From contig JAITRB010000018.1 of the NCBI GenBank assembly GCA_031288595.1, positions 1 through 32,000 on the forward strand: a stretch of DNA of 32,000 bases, given 5' to 3'. A program made the translations under genes and the position numbers. A model generated the notes under the pieces. It saw only the letters and a list, made by a program, of their open reading frames with translations, did not search any database and had not been told where the DNA came from. This document shows, piece by piece, positions 1 to 8,725 of this stretch; within the stretch, counting starts at the first letter, position 1, and each line of letters begins with the position of its first letter. The DNA comes from Puniceicoccales bacterium. GTDB taxonomy: Bacteria; Verrucomicrobiota; Verrucomicrobiia; Opitutales; JAIRLG01.

Positions 1-128
1 TCTTTCCTCCAGAAACAGCGCTGTTAAAGAGATTTTTTGTCCGCTCTACAACGATAATTTCCACTCATTGGTCCTTGACCTCTCTCTGGAGCTCTCTACC
101 TTCTGGCCCCAGAGGCTTCGGCAAGCTT

Positions 129-410
129 ATGGAGGGTTTTGATATCGACAAGCTGGCGCAGCTGGCGCGCATTGACTTCAGCGAAAAAGAACGGGCGTGT
201 TTTCCCCAGCAGTTCCAGGTCATTCTAGGCTACTACGAGAAGCTGCAGTTGCTGGATGTCGAAGGTGTCGAACCGACGGCCCATGCACTACCTGTCCACA
301 ATGTCTGGCGGGAAGATGTCCCCATAACTCCTTTTCCTCCCGAGGAGGCCCTGCGCAATGCGCCGGTCCAGCGCCAGCAGCAGCTCGTCGTCCCCAGGGT
401 GCTGGATTGA
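129..410 (+). CDS. gatC: Asp/Glu-tRNA(Asn/Gln) amidotransferase subunit C
   Basis: The ORF 75..410 contains MEGFDIDKLAQLARIDFSEKE...VEPTAHALP..NVWREDV, typical of GatC. ATG at 129 is the first in-frame ATG and gives the usual ~93 aa. gatA lies downstream. Confidence 0.85.
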   Translation: MEGFDIDKLAQLARIDFSEKERACFPQQFQVILGYYEKLQLLDVEGVEPTAHALPVHNVWREDVPITPFPPEEALRNAPVQRQQQLVVPRVLD

Positions 411-487
411 GCCCTCTGCCATGCCAGTGCATATTTTCAGCTTCGGATCACCCTTTCGGCTGTATTTGTCCCATGAAAAATGGCCGG

Positions 488-575
488 GGACTGCCTTTGT
501 GCCGAAGCCCCCGAAGGGGGCTTCGGCAAGGCCCGCCGCAGGCGGGCTGCTTCCTTTGGAAGCCAAAGGCAGTCC
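488..575. repeat. Cloverleaf palindromic intergenic repeat, copy A (arm order long-GC-short)
   Basis: Read directly: outer stem ggactgcctttg/caaaggcagtcc. It encloses tgccgaagccccc-gaag-ggggcttcggca, gcccgcc-gca-ggcgggc and gcttcc-ttt-ggaagc. Confidence 0.85.
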
Positions 576-585
576 CAGAAATACG

Positions 586-658
586 CCGACCGCTTTCCCC
601 ATCTTTCATGGGAAGGCCCGCGCAGCGGGGGATTCCTCCGGAAGCCAAAGACAGCCGG
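586..658. repeat. Cloverleaf repeat, copy B (degenerate, tandem to A)
   Basis: It keeps gcccgc-gca-gcgggg, gattcc-tcc-ggaagc and the 3' outer half caaagacagccgg. The 5' outer half (ccgaccgcttt) is eroded and the long arm is reduced to cccat-ctttc-atggg. Confidence 0.6.
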
Positions 659-710
659 AAGCACACAAGGGCCTCCTCCCTCTCTTCCCTATTCCCACCT
701 TATTTCTTCG

Positions 711-2174
711 ATGAGATCCCAGATCCATCTCTTCAGTGCGAGCGAGCTTTCCCGGCTCCTTCGGGAGAGGAAAATTTCTTCCGAAGAACTCACACGGGCT
801 TTCATTGAGCGGACGGAACAGACGGAGGAGAGGATCCAGGCCTTTATCTCCTACGACGCGGAATACACCCTCACTCAGGCAAGGCTCTCGGACCGGCGCC
901 GCTCAGAGGGGAAAATCCATGGGCCCCTCGATGGCATTCCCGTCAGCATCAAGGATATCATCGCTGAGAAGGATCAACCCCTGACCTGTGGTAGCCGATT
1001 CATGGAGCAGTTCTGCAGTCCCTACGACGCGACGGTGATCCAAAAACTTCGCGGCCAAGGAGCCGTCCTCTGGGGTCGCTTGAACCTCGATGAGTTCGCC
1101 ATGGGCTCGTCGACGGAACATTCCGCCTTCCATGTTACCCATAATCCCTGGAATCCAGACTGTGTCCCAGGGGGCAGCAGTGGCGGCTGTGCAGCGGCGG
1201 CGGCGGCGCGGCAGACCCCTCTCGCTTTGGGCTCCGACACCGGCGGCTCGATCCGGCAACCAGCGGCCCTCTGCGGGGTCTGCGGACTGAAACCGACCTA
1301 TGGCCGTGTCAGCCGCTATGGGCTGAGCGCTTTTGCGAGCTCGCTGGATCAAATCGGCCCTATCGGGCGAACGGTAGAAGACATAGCATTGCTCCTGCAG
1401 GCCATTGCCGGCCATGACGAGTACGACTCGACCAGTTTGCGGGAAGAAGTTCCGGACTACCTCTTGGCTCTTCGGGAAAAATGTTCTCCCAAACGCATCG
1501 GCATTCCCAGGGAATATTTTGCCGAAGGTCTGGATGCCGAGGTGCGCGACAGCATCGAATCGGCCATCGAGTTCTATCGCTCTCAGGGGCACGAGATCAT
1601 CGAGCTCAGCCTACCCCATATGGATTACGCCATACCGGTCTACTACGTGGTGGCCACAGCCGAAGCGGCATCCAACCTAGCCCGTTTCGACGGGATCCGC
1701 TACACTCATCGCAGTGCCCATCACGATGCCATCGATATCTATTTCCGCTCGCGCAGCGAGGGATTCGGCCCCGAGGTCAAGCGGCGCATCATGCTCGGCA
1801 CCTACGTGCTCAGCAGTGGCTACTACGATGCCCAATACCTTCGGGCCCAGAAGGTCAGAACCCTGATCCGGCAGGACTTTCTCGAGGCTTTTAAGTCTGT
1901 GGATTTCCTGCTCACACCGACGAGCCCCACCACGGCCTTCAAAATGGGGGATAGATCGGCCAATCCCCTGGCGATGTACCTCAGTGACATCTATACCGTT
2001 TCGGCCAATCTGGCCGGTATTCCGGCCATTTCCATCCCCTGCGGATTTTCCACCAAAAATCTGCCGATCGGACTTCAAATCCTGGGCCCCCTTTTTTCCG
2101 AAGGGAAGCTCTTGCAGATGGCCTACGCCTTCGAGTCAGAGCACGATTTTTCTTCCCGCGAAGCTCCGCTCTGA
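711..2174 (+). CDS. gatA: Glutamyl-tRNA(Gln) amidotransferase subunit A
   Basis: Amidase signature region GGSSGGCAAAAAA...LGSDTGGSIRQPAA, with full-length similarity to GatA. ATG at 711 (MRSQIHLFSASEL) is chosen because the upstream part of ORF 480..2174 only translates repeat copies A and B. Confidence 0.93.
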   Translation: MRSQIHLFSASELSRLLRERKISSEELTRAFIERTEQTEERIQAFISYDAEYTLTQARLSDRRRSEGKIHGPLDGIPVSIKDIIAEKDQPLTCGSRFMEQFCSPYDATVIQKLRGQGAVLWGRLNLDEFAMGSSTEHSAFHVTHNPWNPDCVPGGSSGGCAAAAAARQTPLALGSDTGGSIRQPAALCGVCGLKPTYGRVSRYGLSAFASSLDQIGPIGRTVEDIALLLQAIAGHDEYDSTSLREEVPDYLLALREKCSPKRIGIPREYFAEGLDAEVRDSIESAIEFYRSQGHEIIELSLPHMDYAIPVYYVVATAEAASNLARFDGIRYTHRSAHHDAIDIYFRSRSEGFGPEVKRRIMLGTYVLSSGYYDAQYLRAQKVRTLIRQDFLEAFKSVDFLLTPTSPTTAFKMGDRSANPLAMYLSDIYTVSANLAGIPAISIPCGFSTKNLPIGLQILGPLFSEGKLLQMAYAFESEHDFSSREAPL

Positions 2175-2204
2175 TCTCAGGGTACCTGGAGCAATTGCCT
2201 CTTG

Positions 2205-2289
2205 CGCCGTCTTTGCAGGGATGAAAATAAACAATTTTCATCCCTGATGCCCGCTCCGCGGGCGATCTCTCCGAGATCCAAAGACGGCG
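2205..2289. repeat. Cloverleaf repeat, copy M (long-GC-short)
   Basis: Outer stem cgccgtctttg/caaagacggcg. Arms: cagggatgaaaat-aaaca-attttcatccctg, gcccgc-tcc-gcgggc, gatctc-tcc-gagatc. Confidence 0.85.
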
Positions 2290-2388
2290 AACTCGGACAC
2301 GAGCCCTTCCATCCCTCCTTCAAAAGGAGAAATTTAAAAGAACTCTGCTATCGCCAGAGGGCACGGGCCTTTTTCCCTAAAAGGGCGC

Positions 2389-3489
2389 ATGGATAGGCCT
2401 CCATCGGAGACAAAAGGGCAGGTGCTCGTCGCCATGTCCGGGGGCGTGGATAGTTCCGTGGCAGCCCTACTTCTACGGCAACAGGGCAGGGAAATTCTGG
2501 GTGCCTACATGCGCACCTGGCACAACGAGGATCAGCGGCAGCCGCTCGGCCACTGCCCCTGGGAGGAGGATCTACAGCAGGCCCGGAGCGTCGCCGAGAC
2601 CCTCCAAATCCCCTTTTCTGTCGTCAACATGATCGATCGCTACCGCCGATGGGTCGTAACGCCCCTCGTCGAGGGCTACCGGAATGGTCTGACCCCAAAT
2701 CCGGATATCCTCTGCAACCGACATATCAAATTCGGCTTCCTGGCCGACTACGCTCGAGAACTGGGCTATGCCGGTCTCGCTACCGGACACTACTGCCAAA
2801 AACGGACCCATGCCGATGCTTCCTGTGATCTGTTCGAAGGGGTCGATCCGAACAAGGATCAATCCTACTTCCTGGCCTATATCTCCCAATCCCAGCTGCA
2901 GTTCGCACAATTTCCAGTCGGCCATTTGAAAAAGCCCGACGTGCGCGCGCTGGCTGCAGAGGCGAATCTCCGCAATGCGGCGCGAAAGGATAGCCAGGGG
3001 ATCTGTTTCCTGGGCAAAGTCAAGATTCGGGATTTTCTGTCCCACTATATTCCCGACTCGCCCGGGCCCATCGTCGACCCTGAAGGACATATCCTGGGAG
3101 AGCACCGCGGACTCCATCAGTTCACCCTCGGGCAGCGCCACGGCATCCGCCTCCCGTCAAACCGAGATCACGAGCACTATGTCGTCGTGGCCAAGAATAG
3201 GGAAAAGAATCATCTCGTCGTGGCTCTGGAAGGCTCGGCCTCCGCGTTTCTCTTCCGCCGGAGATTCACCCTGCACCAGCTCCACTTCATCCACAAACGG
3301 ATAGAAAAGCCCTGCTGGCTCCTGGGTAAGCCGCGCCATCGGGATCCCTCGCAGAGCCTCTACTTCGAGCCTCTCGGCCCCAACAGCGCCGTCGTCGAAT
3401 TCCAAAACCCTCCGCGCGCCCTTGCCAGCGGACAGGTCCTCGCCCTCTACGATGAAAAATGCCTCCTAGGCGGAGGGATCTACGTTTAA
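2389..3489 (+). CDS. mnmA: tRNA 2-thiouridine(34) synthase MnmA
   Basis: N-terminal PP-loop VAMSGGVDSSVAA, then NPDILCN, DQSYFL and GICF motifs typical of MnmA/TrmU. 366 aa. Confidence 0.93.
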   Translation: MDRPPSETKGQVLVAMSGGVDSSVAALLLRQQGREILGAYMRTWHNEDQRQPLGHCPWEEDLQQARSVAETLQIPFSVVNMIDRYRRWVVTPLVEGYRNGLTPNPDILCNRHIKFGFLADYARELGYAGLATGHYCQKRTHADASCDLFEGVDPNKDQSYFLAYISQSQLQFAQFPVGHLKKPDVRALAAEANLRNAARKDSQGICFLGKVKIRDFLSHYIPDSPGPIVDPEGHILGEHRGLHQFTLGQRHGIRLPSNRDHEHYVVVAKNREKNHLVVALEGSASAFLFRRRFTLHQLHFIHKRIEKPCWLLGKPRHRDPSQSLYFEPLGPNSAVVEFQNPPRALASGQVLALYDEKCLLGGGIYV

Positions 3490-3845
3490 AAACGGACCAC
3501 AAAAGAGGCTCTTAAAACTAAACAAACAAATTCCGCTGAGAGAAAGCCTAATTATAAATATAAATTGCTTAAGAGAGGGCCCAAGATCACTTTCTAAGCC
3601 ATTTGTTCCTGAGTGGATATAGGCGATAAATTCTCAGGTTCCGGTATTTGAATTTACGACACTGCCCCTCATATACCAGTACAGCTCAAGCATCCACGTC
3701 CCAGTGACCCAAGTCTGCTTATAGGGATCCCAAATCTGATCTCCGTTGACCCGAACTCCGCCATCACGGAGTTCGCCTTCCCCGTTCTCTCGACGTTTGT
3801 GAAAGCATCGATGGGTTAAGCGTCTTCGTATCATCAGAGATGGCC

Positions 3846-4540
3846 TCATCTCCATCTCTGCCCTTGCCACTTGCTAGTATTTCCCCTTGCAATACCATCG
3901 CCTCCAGCGCCACTAATGGCAATTGCTGGAGTTGAACCGATGGCAGCTAGCCAGCCGAGGATCCGATATGGGCTCCCCCTGGATTCAGGAGCTTATCCAT
4001 CGTCGATCGAAACACTCCACGTGGCCATTGAAAAAGGAGATAAATCCCCCTCATCACCCTAGATATCCGTAGCAACATCCCACTTTCCGGAAGCAATGGT
4101 CCAGGCCATAGGTATAGGCGATCGGGTTCACTTCGGGAGACGCATCAGCATCTGGGTTCACTCCTGCTAGGGGCACGGCACTGACATGGAGCCAGGCGGC
4201 ACCCGTAGGCATGCCTCCGCCAGCATCGATGAGCACTTTAGGGACTTTGCCTCCTGCCATCTTTCCCCAACAGGCATCATCATTCCACAGAGAGACAGCC
4301 GCTTCATTGAGAACGCCCGCTCGAGCGAGTACCCTTGTCCAAGGATAAGCCACTATACCGTATCCACTCTCACTCCTGGACCTAGGGTCCCTGTCTCGCC
4401 GGAGAATCCGCTGCGATAATCGATAAATGCCAGCGCGATCTGCCGCATGTTGCTCGCTCCGCGCGCACGGTGGAAGTCCGAAGCCCCCCTTGTAGCAAGG
4501 GAATGAGGATGGCCGTAAGGATCGCGATGATCACGGGCAT
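3846..4540 (-). pseudogene. Decayed paralog of the adjacent prepilin-type (pseudopilin-like) gene
   Basis: Minus-strand pieces in three frames align with the intact neighbour. MPVIIAILTAILIPL lacks the GFTLxE cleavage motif. The other pieces are SNMRQIALAFIDYRSGF.., AYPWTRVLARAGVLNEAAVSLWNDD...NPIAYTYGLD, SGKWDVATDI-stop-GDEGGFISFFNGHVECFD, and a Gly/Ala-rich tail. There are at least two frameshifts and one in-frame TAG. Confidence 0.7.
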
Positions 4541-4553
4541 CCCCTCACTTCCC

Positions 4554-5231
4554 TCAACGTGAAGCCGCACTCTGCGTCGCGACTGGAGCGCTTCCCCCAG
4601 TAACGGTAGCCGCATCAATGGGACTCGTGACAGCAGACCCATCTGGGGCAACAAGTTTGCTTGCCGTGGTTTCAAACCATTCCACATGGCCATCGAGAAA
4701 AGCGACAAAGCCACCCGCATCCCCATAAACACCCTTAGAGGCATCCCAGTTTCCGGTTTCCAAATCCAACCCACGAGTCCAAGCGATCGGCGTCGTCGTG
4801 GCTGGGGCATTGGGATCCACACCAACCAACATCACCACGCTGGGGCCTGGATCAGTCCAATATCCATTGGAGGGCCAGCCGCTGCCGTTTTTGACAAATT
4901 TCGGAATATCCGTTTTCCCCTTCAACAGCGGATCATCCGTCCAGAAGTACACATTTGCCTCGTTGAGCACATTGGCCTTAGCCAACTCCAAGGCCCAATC
5001 GTAGTGCGATACTACCCTCGTAGGCATCGTCCGTTGATCCCCAAATGTATTGCTGTAATTCATATACGCCACCGCCAGTTGCCGCATGCTGTTCGAACCT
5101 CGCGTACGACGGGCGCTGTCGATCGCCTTTCGTACCGACGGAACAAGAATGGCCGAAAGGATAGCGATGATCGCGATCACCACCATTAACTCCATCAGTG
5201 TGAAGCCTTGTCCCCCAGATTTCTTCTCCAT
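4554..5231 (-). CDS. Prepilin-type N-terminal cleavage/methylation domain protein (type II secretion pseudopilin-like)
   Basis: MEKKSGGQ-GFTLMELMVVIAIIAILSAILVP is a class-III signal / N-methylation motif. The C-terminal GGFVAFLDGHVEWF motif is common in PVC-group pilin-like families. ATG at 5231 is preceded by ggagaggtg; the track start at 5240 is a GTG. Confidence 0.85.
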   Translation of the reverse strand: MEKKSGGQGFTLMELMVVIAIIAILSAILVPSVRKAIDSARRTRGSNSMRQLAVAYMNYSNTFGDQRTMPTRVVSHYDWALELAKANVLNEANVYFWTDDPLLKGKTDIPKFVKNGSGWPSNGYWTDPGPSVVMLVGVDPNAPATTTPIAWTRGLDLETGNWDASKGVYGDAGGFVAFLDGHVEWFETTASKLVAPDGSAVTSPIDAATVTGGSAPVATQSAASR

Positions 5232-5331
5232 AATACCCACCTCTCCAAATTCTGTAAAATCTATCAGCCCCGGTACGGGGCTGTTCTTTTCTAGTGTAGA
5301 GAATTGAATTTAACGAATATTCATACCGGCG

Positions 5332-6603
5332 TCAATATTTTAATGGGAAATTTCGACAGAATTCCCATACTTCGGCGCGAATGGCCTTGGGCAAATCATC
5401 GTCATTCGGTGCAGAGAGGATCCGTTCGATCCATGCAGCGATCAGCTTCATCTCCGCTTCCCGCATCCCACGGGTCGTCACGGCCGGAGTGCCCAGGCGC
5501 AGCCCGCTTGCCTGAAAGGGATTACGCGTCTCTCTCGGCACCGTATTGGCGTTGACCGTGATGCCGGCCGCTTCCAGGGCCGTCGCCGCCGCTCGGCCGC
5601 TCAAGTTCGGAGACGTCGGTCGCAGATCCAAGAGCAAGAGGTGATTCTCGGTACCGGAACCGACGAGGTACAGACCCAGCCGCTGCAATTCTCCGGCTAA
5701 AGCTCGGGCATTGGCCAAAATCTGCCGCTGGTAGTCCCCGAACTCCGGCCGCAAGGCCTCGCCGAAGCAGACTGCCTTCCCCGCGATGACATGCATCAGA
5801 GGCCCACCCTGATTGCCAGGGAAAACCGATGCGTCGATCGCCCGGGCCCATTTCTCCCGACACAGAATCATCCCGCCGCGAGGACCGCGCAGGGTCTTGT
5901 GCGTCGTCGTCGTGACGAAATCCGCATGGGGAATCGGAGAGGGGTGCAGTCCAGCCACGACCAGTCCGGCGATATGGGCGATGTCGGCCAGCAGCAGTGC
6001 CCCAGACGCCTGTGCGATCTCCCCGACCCTCTGGAAATCGATGGTCCTGGGATAGGCCGAGGCGCCGATGGTGATCAATCGCGGTCGCTCGCGGGTGGCG
6101 ATTTCTCCCAGAGCCTGGTAATCGATGGCACCGGTCTGCGGGTCGATGTCATAATGGGAAACCTGATAGAGCATGCCGCTGAGATTTTTGGGATGCCCAT
6201 GGGTCAGATGTCCCCCATTTTCGAGGGAAAGGCTCAGAATCCGGTCACCTGGCCTCAGCACTGCCGTGTAGACCGCGAGGTTCGCCTGGGTCCCCGAGTG
6301 CGGCTGGACATTGGCATGTTCCGCGCCGAAGAGCCGACGGGCACGCCCTATGGCCAGGGCCTCGATCCCATCCACGCATTCGCAGCCGCCATAATAGCGC
6401 CGCTGGGGATAGCCCTCGGCGTATTTGTTGGTCAAAATGCTGCCGACAGTTTCCAATATCGCTGGCGAGGTGAAATTTTCCGAGGCGATCAGCTCGATGC
6501 CCTCGTTCTGCCGGTGCCACTCTCGATGGATCCAGGTGGCCACTTCGGGATCCTGCCGCTCCAGAGAAGAGAGATTCATCATGGATCCCTGAGCATGGGC
6601 CAT
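5332..6603 (-). CDS. glyA: Serine hydroxymethyltransferase
   Basis: [23 protein letters not shown] and [14 protein letters not shown] (PLP lysine region). 423 aa. The start could instead be the internal MMNLSS (6582/6579). Confidence 0.95.
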   Translation of the reverse strand: MAHAQGSMMNLSSLERQDPEVATWIHREWHRQNEGIELIASENFTSPAILETVGSILTNKYAEGYPQRRYYGGCECVDGIEALAIGRARRLFGAEHANVQPHSGTQANLAVYTAVLRPGDRILSLSLENGGHLTHGHPKNLSGMLYQVSHYDIDPQTGAIDYQALGEIATRERPRLITIGASAYPRTIDFQRVGEIAQASGALLLADIAHIAGLVVAGLHPSPIPHADFVTTTTHKTLRGPRGGMILCREKWARAIDASVFPGNQGGPLMHVIAGKAVCFGEALRPEFGDYQRQILANARALAGELQRLGLYLVGSGTENHLLLLDLRPTSPNLSGRAAATALEAAGITVNANTVPRETRNPFQASGLRLGTPAVTTRGMREAEMKLIAAWIERILSAPNDDDLPKAIRAEVWEFCRNFPLKY

Positions 6604-6678
6604 CCACTGGCATCGGCAAATGAATTCTCTCCATCGATTCGGGAAATCGACAGCGGCTATTGCTACGGGTTTTGGTGT

Positions 6679-6776
6679 GCGCTGTCCTTTGGCTCCCGAA
6701 GGGAGCGCCCGCGCAGCGGGCCCCAGCGGAGAAAATCAAAGGGGCCCTTTGATTTTCTCCGCTGCAAAGACAGCGC
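6679..6776. repeat. Cloverleaf repeat, copy C (short-GC-long)
   Basis: Outer stem gcgctgtcctttg/caaagacagcgc (one bulged c). Arms: gctccc-gaa-gggagc, gcccgc-gca-gcgggc, cagcggagaaaatcaaagg-ggc-cctttgattttctccgctg. Confidence 0.85.
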
Positions 6777-6849
6777 CCCAAACACACAACACTCTCACTC
6801 CTCTCCCTCAGGACTTGTCGAACGGCTGCTATACTTATAACTCTCTTCC

Positions 6850-8226
6850 GTGATTCCATCAGCCAATGACAGTTCCTCCACCTGGGATACGGAAAAAATC
6901 TACAGCATTTCCTTCCTGACAGAGCAAATACAAGGCCTTCTGGACTCCCATATCCCCATGCTCTGGATCGGCGGCGAAGTCTCCAACTTCCGGCAGCAGA
7001 GCTCAGGCCATCTCTACTTCAGCCTCCAGGACGAGCGGAGCCAGATCGCCTGCGTTCTCTTCCGCGGCGATGCCCTGCAGCTCCGCTTCCCATTGGAAAA
7101 CGGAAAATCTATTATCTGCTACGGCAGCCTGGAGATCTATGCCCCGCGGGGTCAGTATCAGTGGATTGTACGCCACGTATTACCCTGCGGTACGGGGCAG
7201 CGGGATGCGGAATTCCAAAAACTCAAGGAGCGTTGCCGGAACGAAGGACTCTTCGATGCCGAGCGCAAGCGGCCGATCCCCCTCACGGCCTGTCCCATCG
7301 CTCTGCTCAGCTCCCCGACCGGTGCCGCACTGCAGGATTTTCTCCAAATCCTGCGCCGGAAGAACTGGCGAGGTGAGATCATCTTCTTCCCCTGCCGAGT
7401 GCAGGGCGATGAATCCGTCCAGGACTTTCTCCATAGTCTCTATCTGGCCCAGCAGTCTCCGGCTGAACTCATCGTCCTGGCCAGAGGCGGTGGCAGTGCT
7501 GAAGATCTTTGGGCCTTCAACTCCGAGGCTATCGTTAGAAAAATAGCTGATTGTTCCAAACCCATCATCTCCGCCATCGGTCATGAGACCGATTTCACTT
7601 TGGTCGACTTCGTAGCAGACCTGCGTGCCGAAACCCCCTCCGCCGCAGCGGAAATCATCGCGACGAATTATCAAAACGCCCGACAGCATTGGCGAGATTT
7701 AGAAGAACGGTTGACAGGAATTCTCGAAGAATACAAGCTCCGACAGCGGCAGCACTGGCAGTTTTTGCGACAACGCCTACAGCACGTCTCTCCCGAGCGG
7801 CTGATCGAGCACCGGCAGCACCAGCTCCAGCAGACCTCCCACCGATTTTTAGAAACCGCCCGCTTTACTCTCGCATCCAAAAGAGAAGGATTCCTGAGCC
7901 TTCAGCGGCGCTGGGAGAGCTATGACATCGGACGTAATCTCCGCAGCGGGTTTTTGATCGCCGAAAATTTTCAGGGAAAAATCCTCCGCCACCGTCATGA
8001 TGTCCCTCTGGGCAGTGAGCTGATCCTCCATTTCCAGGATGGCCCGCTGCAAGTTAGCAGCAGTGCCCCCTCGATAAGCTACCTCTCATCAGGGATAAGT
8101 AGTATGGATCAGATTCAAAGTCCTTCTCCCAGTCCTGGTGGTGGGGGAGCGATTCGAACGCTCGAAGGGGAAACCCCGACAGATTTACAGTCTGCACCCT
8201 TTAGCCTCTTGGATACCCCACCATGA
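6850..8226 (+). CDS. xseA: Exodeoxyribonuclease VII large subunit
   Basis: N-terminal OB-fold region (GEVSNFRQQSSGHLYFSLQDE), GGGSAEDLWAFN, ISAIGHETDFTL and ETPSAAAE motifs, then a coiled coil. GTG start at 6850. The last ~55 codons lie beyond the conserved C-terminus and overlap tRNA-Tyr antisense. Confidence 0.88.
   Translation: MIPSANDSSSTWDTEKIYSISFLTEQIQGLLDSHIPMLWIGGEVSNFRQQSSGHLYFSLQDERSQIACVLFRGDALQLRFPLENGKSIICYGSLEIYAPRGQYQWIVRHVLPCGTGQRDAEFQKLKERCRNEGLFDAERKRPIPLTACPIALLSSPTGAALQDFLQILRRKNWRGEIIFFPCRVQGDESVQDFLHSLYLAQQSPAELIVLARGGGSAEDLWAFNSEAIVRKIADCSKPIISAIGHETDFTLVDFVADLRAETPSAAAEIIATNYQNARQHWRDLEERLTGILEEYKLRQRQHWQFLRQRLQHVSPERLIEHRQHQLQQTSHRFLETARFTLASKREGFLSLQRRWESYDIGRNLRSGFLIAENFQGKILRHRHDVPLGSELILHFQDGPLQVSSSAPSISYLSSGISSMDQIQSPSPSPGGGGAIRTLEGETPTDLQSAPFSLLDTPP
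8136..8222 (-). tRNA. tRNA-Tyr (anticodon GTA), class II with long variable arm, CCA encoded
   Basis: The reverse complement reads ggtgggg-ta-tcca-agaggctaaa-gggt-g-cagac-tgtaaat-ctgtc-ggggtttccccttc-gagcg-ttcgaat-cgctc-ccccacc-a-cca. By memory of the E. coli sequence it is nearly collinear with E. coli tRNA-Tyr. Confidence 0.95.
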
Positions 8227-8365
8227 CCGGAATTTTTCTGAAGCTAGAGGCCCGTTGAGGCTTAGCAAGATAATTTTGTTCCATGGCCAGCTATGAGCTG
8301 CAGATGGGCGACCGAGTATCGTTGGGGAGGAGCGAAATTGCGAGAGGAGCAGGGCGGTGCTTGTG

Positions 8366-8461
8366 TTGCCGGCTTTGGCAGAGGAAGGCAGGGGCGCTGC
8401 CCCTGCCCTCCTCTGTGGCCCGCGTCGCGGGCCTGATTCCGCAGGAATCCAAAGCCGGCAA
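8366..8461. repeat. Cloverleaf repeat, copy D (long-GC-short)
   Basis: Outer stem ttgccggctttg/caaagccggcaa. Arms: cagaggaaggcagggg-cgct-gcccctgccctcctctg (1 mismatch), ggcccgc-gtc-gcgggcc, gattcc-gca-ggaatc. Confidence 0.85.
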
Positions 8462-8725
8462 ACGACAAAAATCCTCCCTATTTTTCCAATGAAAGAAAGC
8501 TCCACGAAACACCCAATTTCCCCATAAAGCCCCAGAAGACCAAAGGGTGTAAACCCCTACTCTTGCTATGGGGAGCTCGTTATCCCGTAAGTCCCAATAT
8601 CTACCCCAGGATAACACGATTAAAGCGAGCATATACGAAGGTGTATATTACCCCTCTCCATATGAGGCAGCCTGCGCAATTGTAGAGATGCCATGGGCAG
8701 AAGATAGATACCTCTGGATACGGAA

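Noticed and set aside
480-710. The N-terminal 77 aa of the longest gatA ORF (MAGDCLCAEAPEGGFGKARRRR...).
   Set aside because: It is only the translation of repeat copies A and B. GatA homology starts at the ATG at 711.
903-1592. A 229-aa minus-strand ORF.
   Set aside because: It is antisense to the amidase-signature region of gatA. It is a shadow ORF.
3634-3870. A 78-aa minus-strand ORF (GTG start) downstream of the pilin pseudogene.
   Set aside because: It has no recognisable family and an atypical composition (WDPYKQTWVTGTWMLELYWY), and it sits in a decaying region. It could be a relic or a real small gene, but there is not enough support to call it.
5791-6840. A 349-aa plus-strand ORF.
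   Set aside because: It is antisense to the well-supported glyA gene and has a low-complexity Arg/Gly/Pro-rich translation with no recognisable motifs. This is the typical shadow ORF of a GC-rich gene.
6815-6841. A possible sigma70-like promoter for xseA (ttgtcg ... tataac).
   Set aside because: The spacer is only ~15 nt, and the -10 element would sit 8 nt from the GTG start, which would require a leaderless transcript. This is too weak to annotate.
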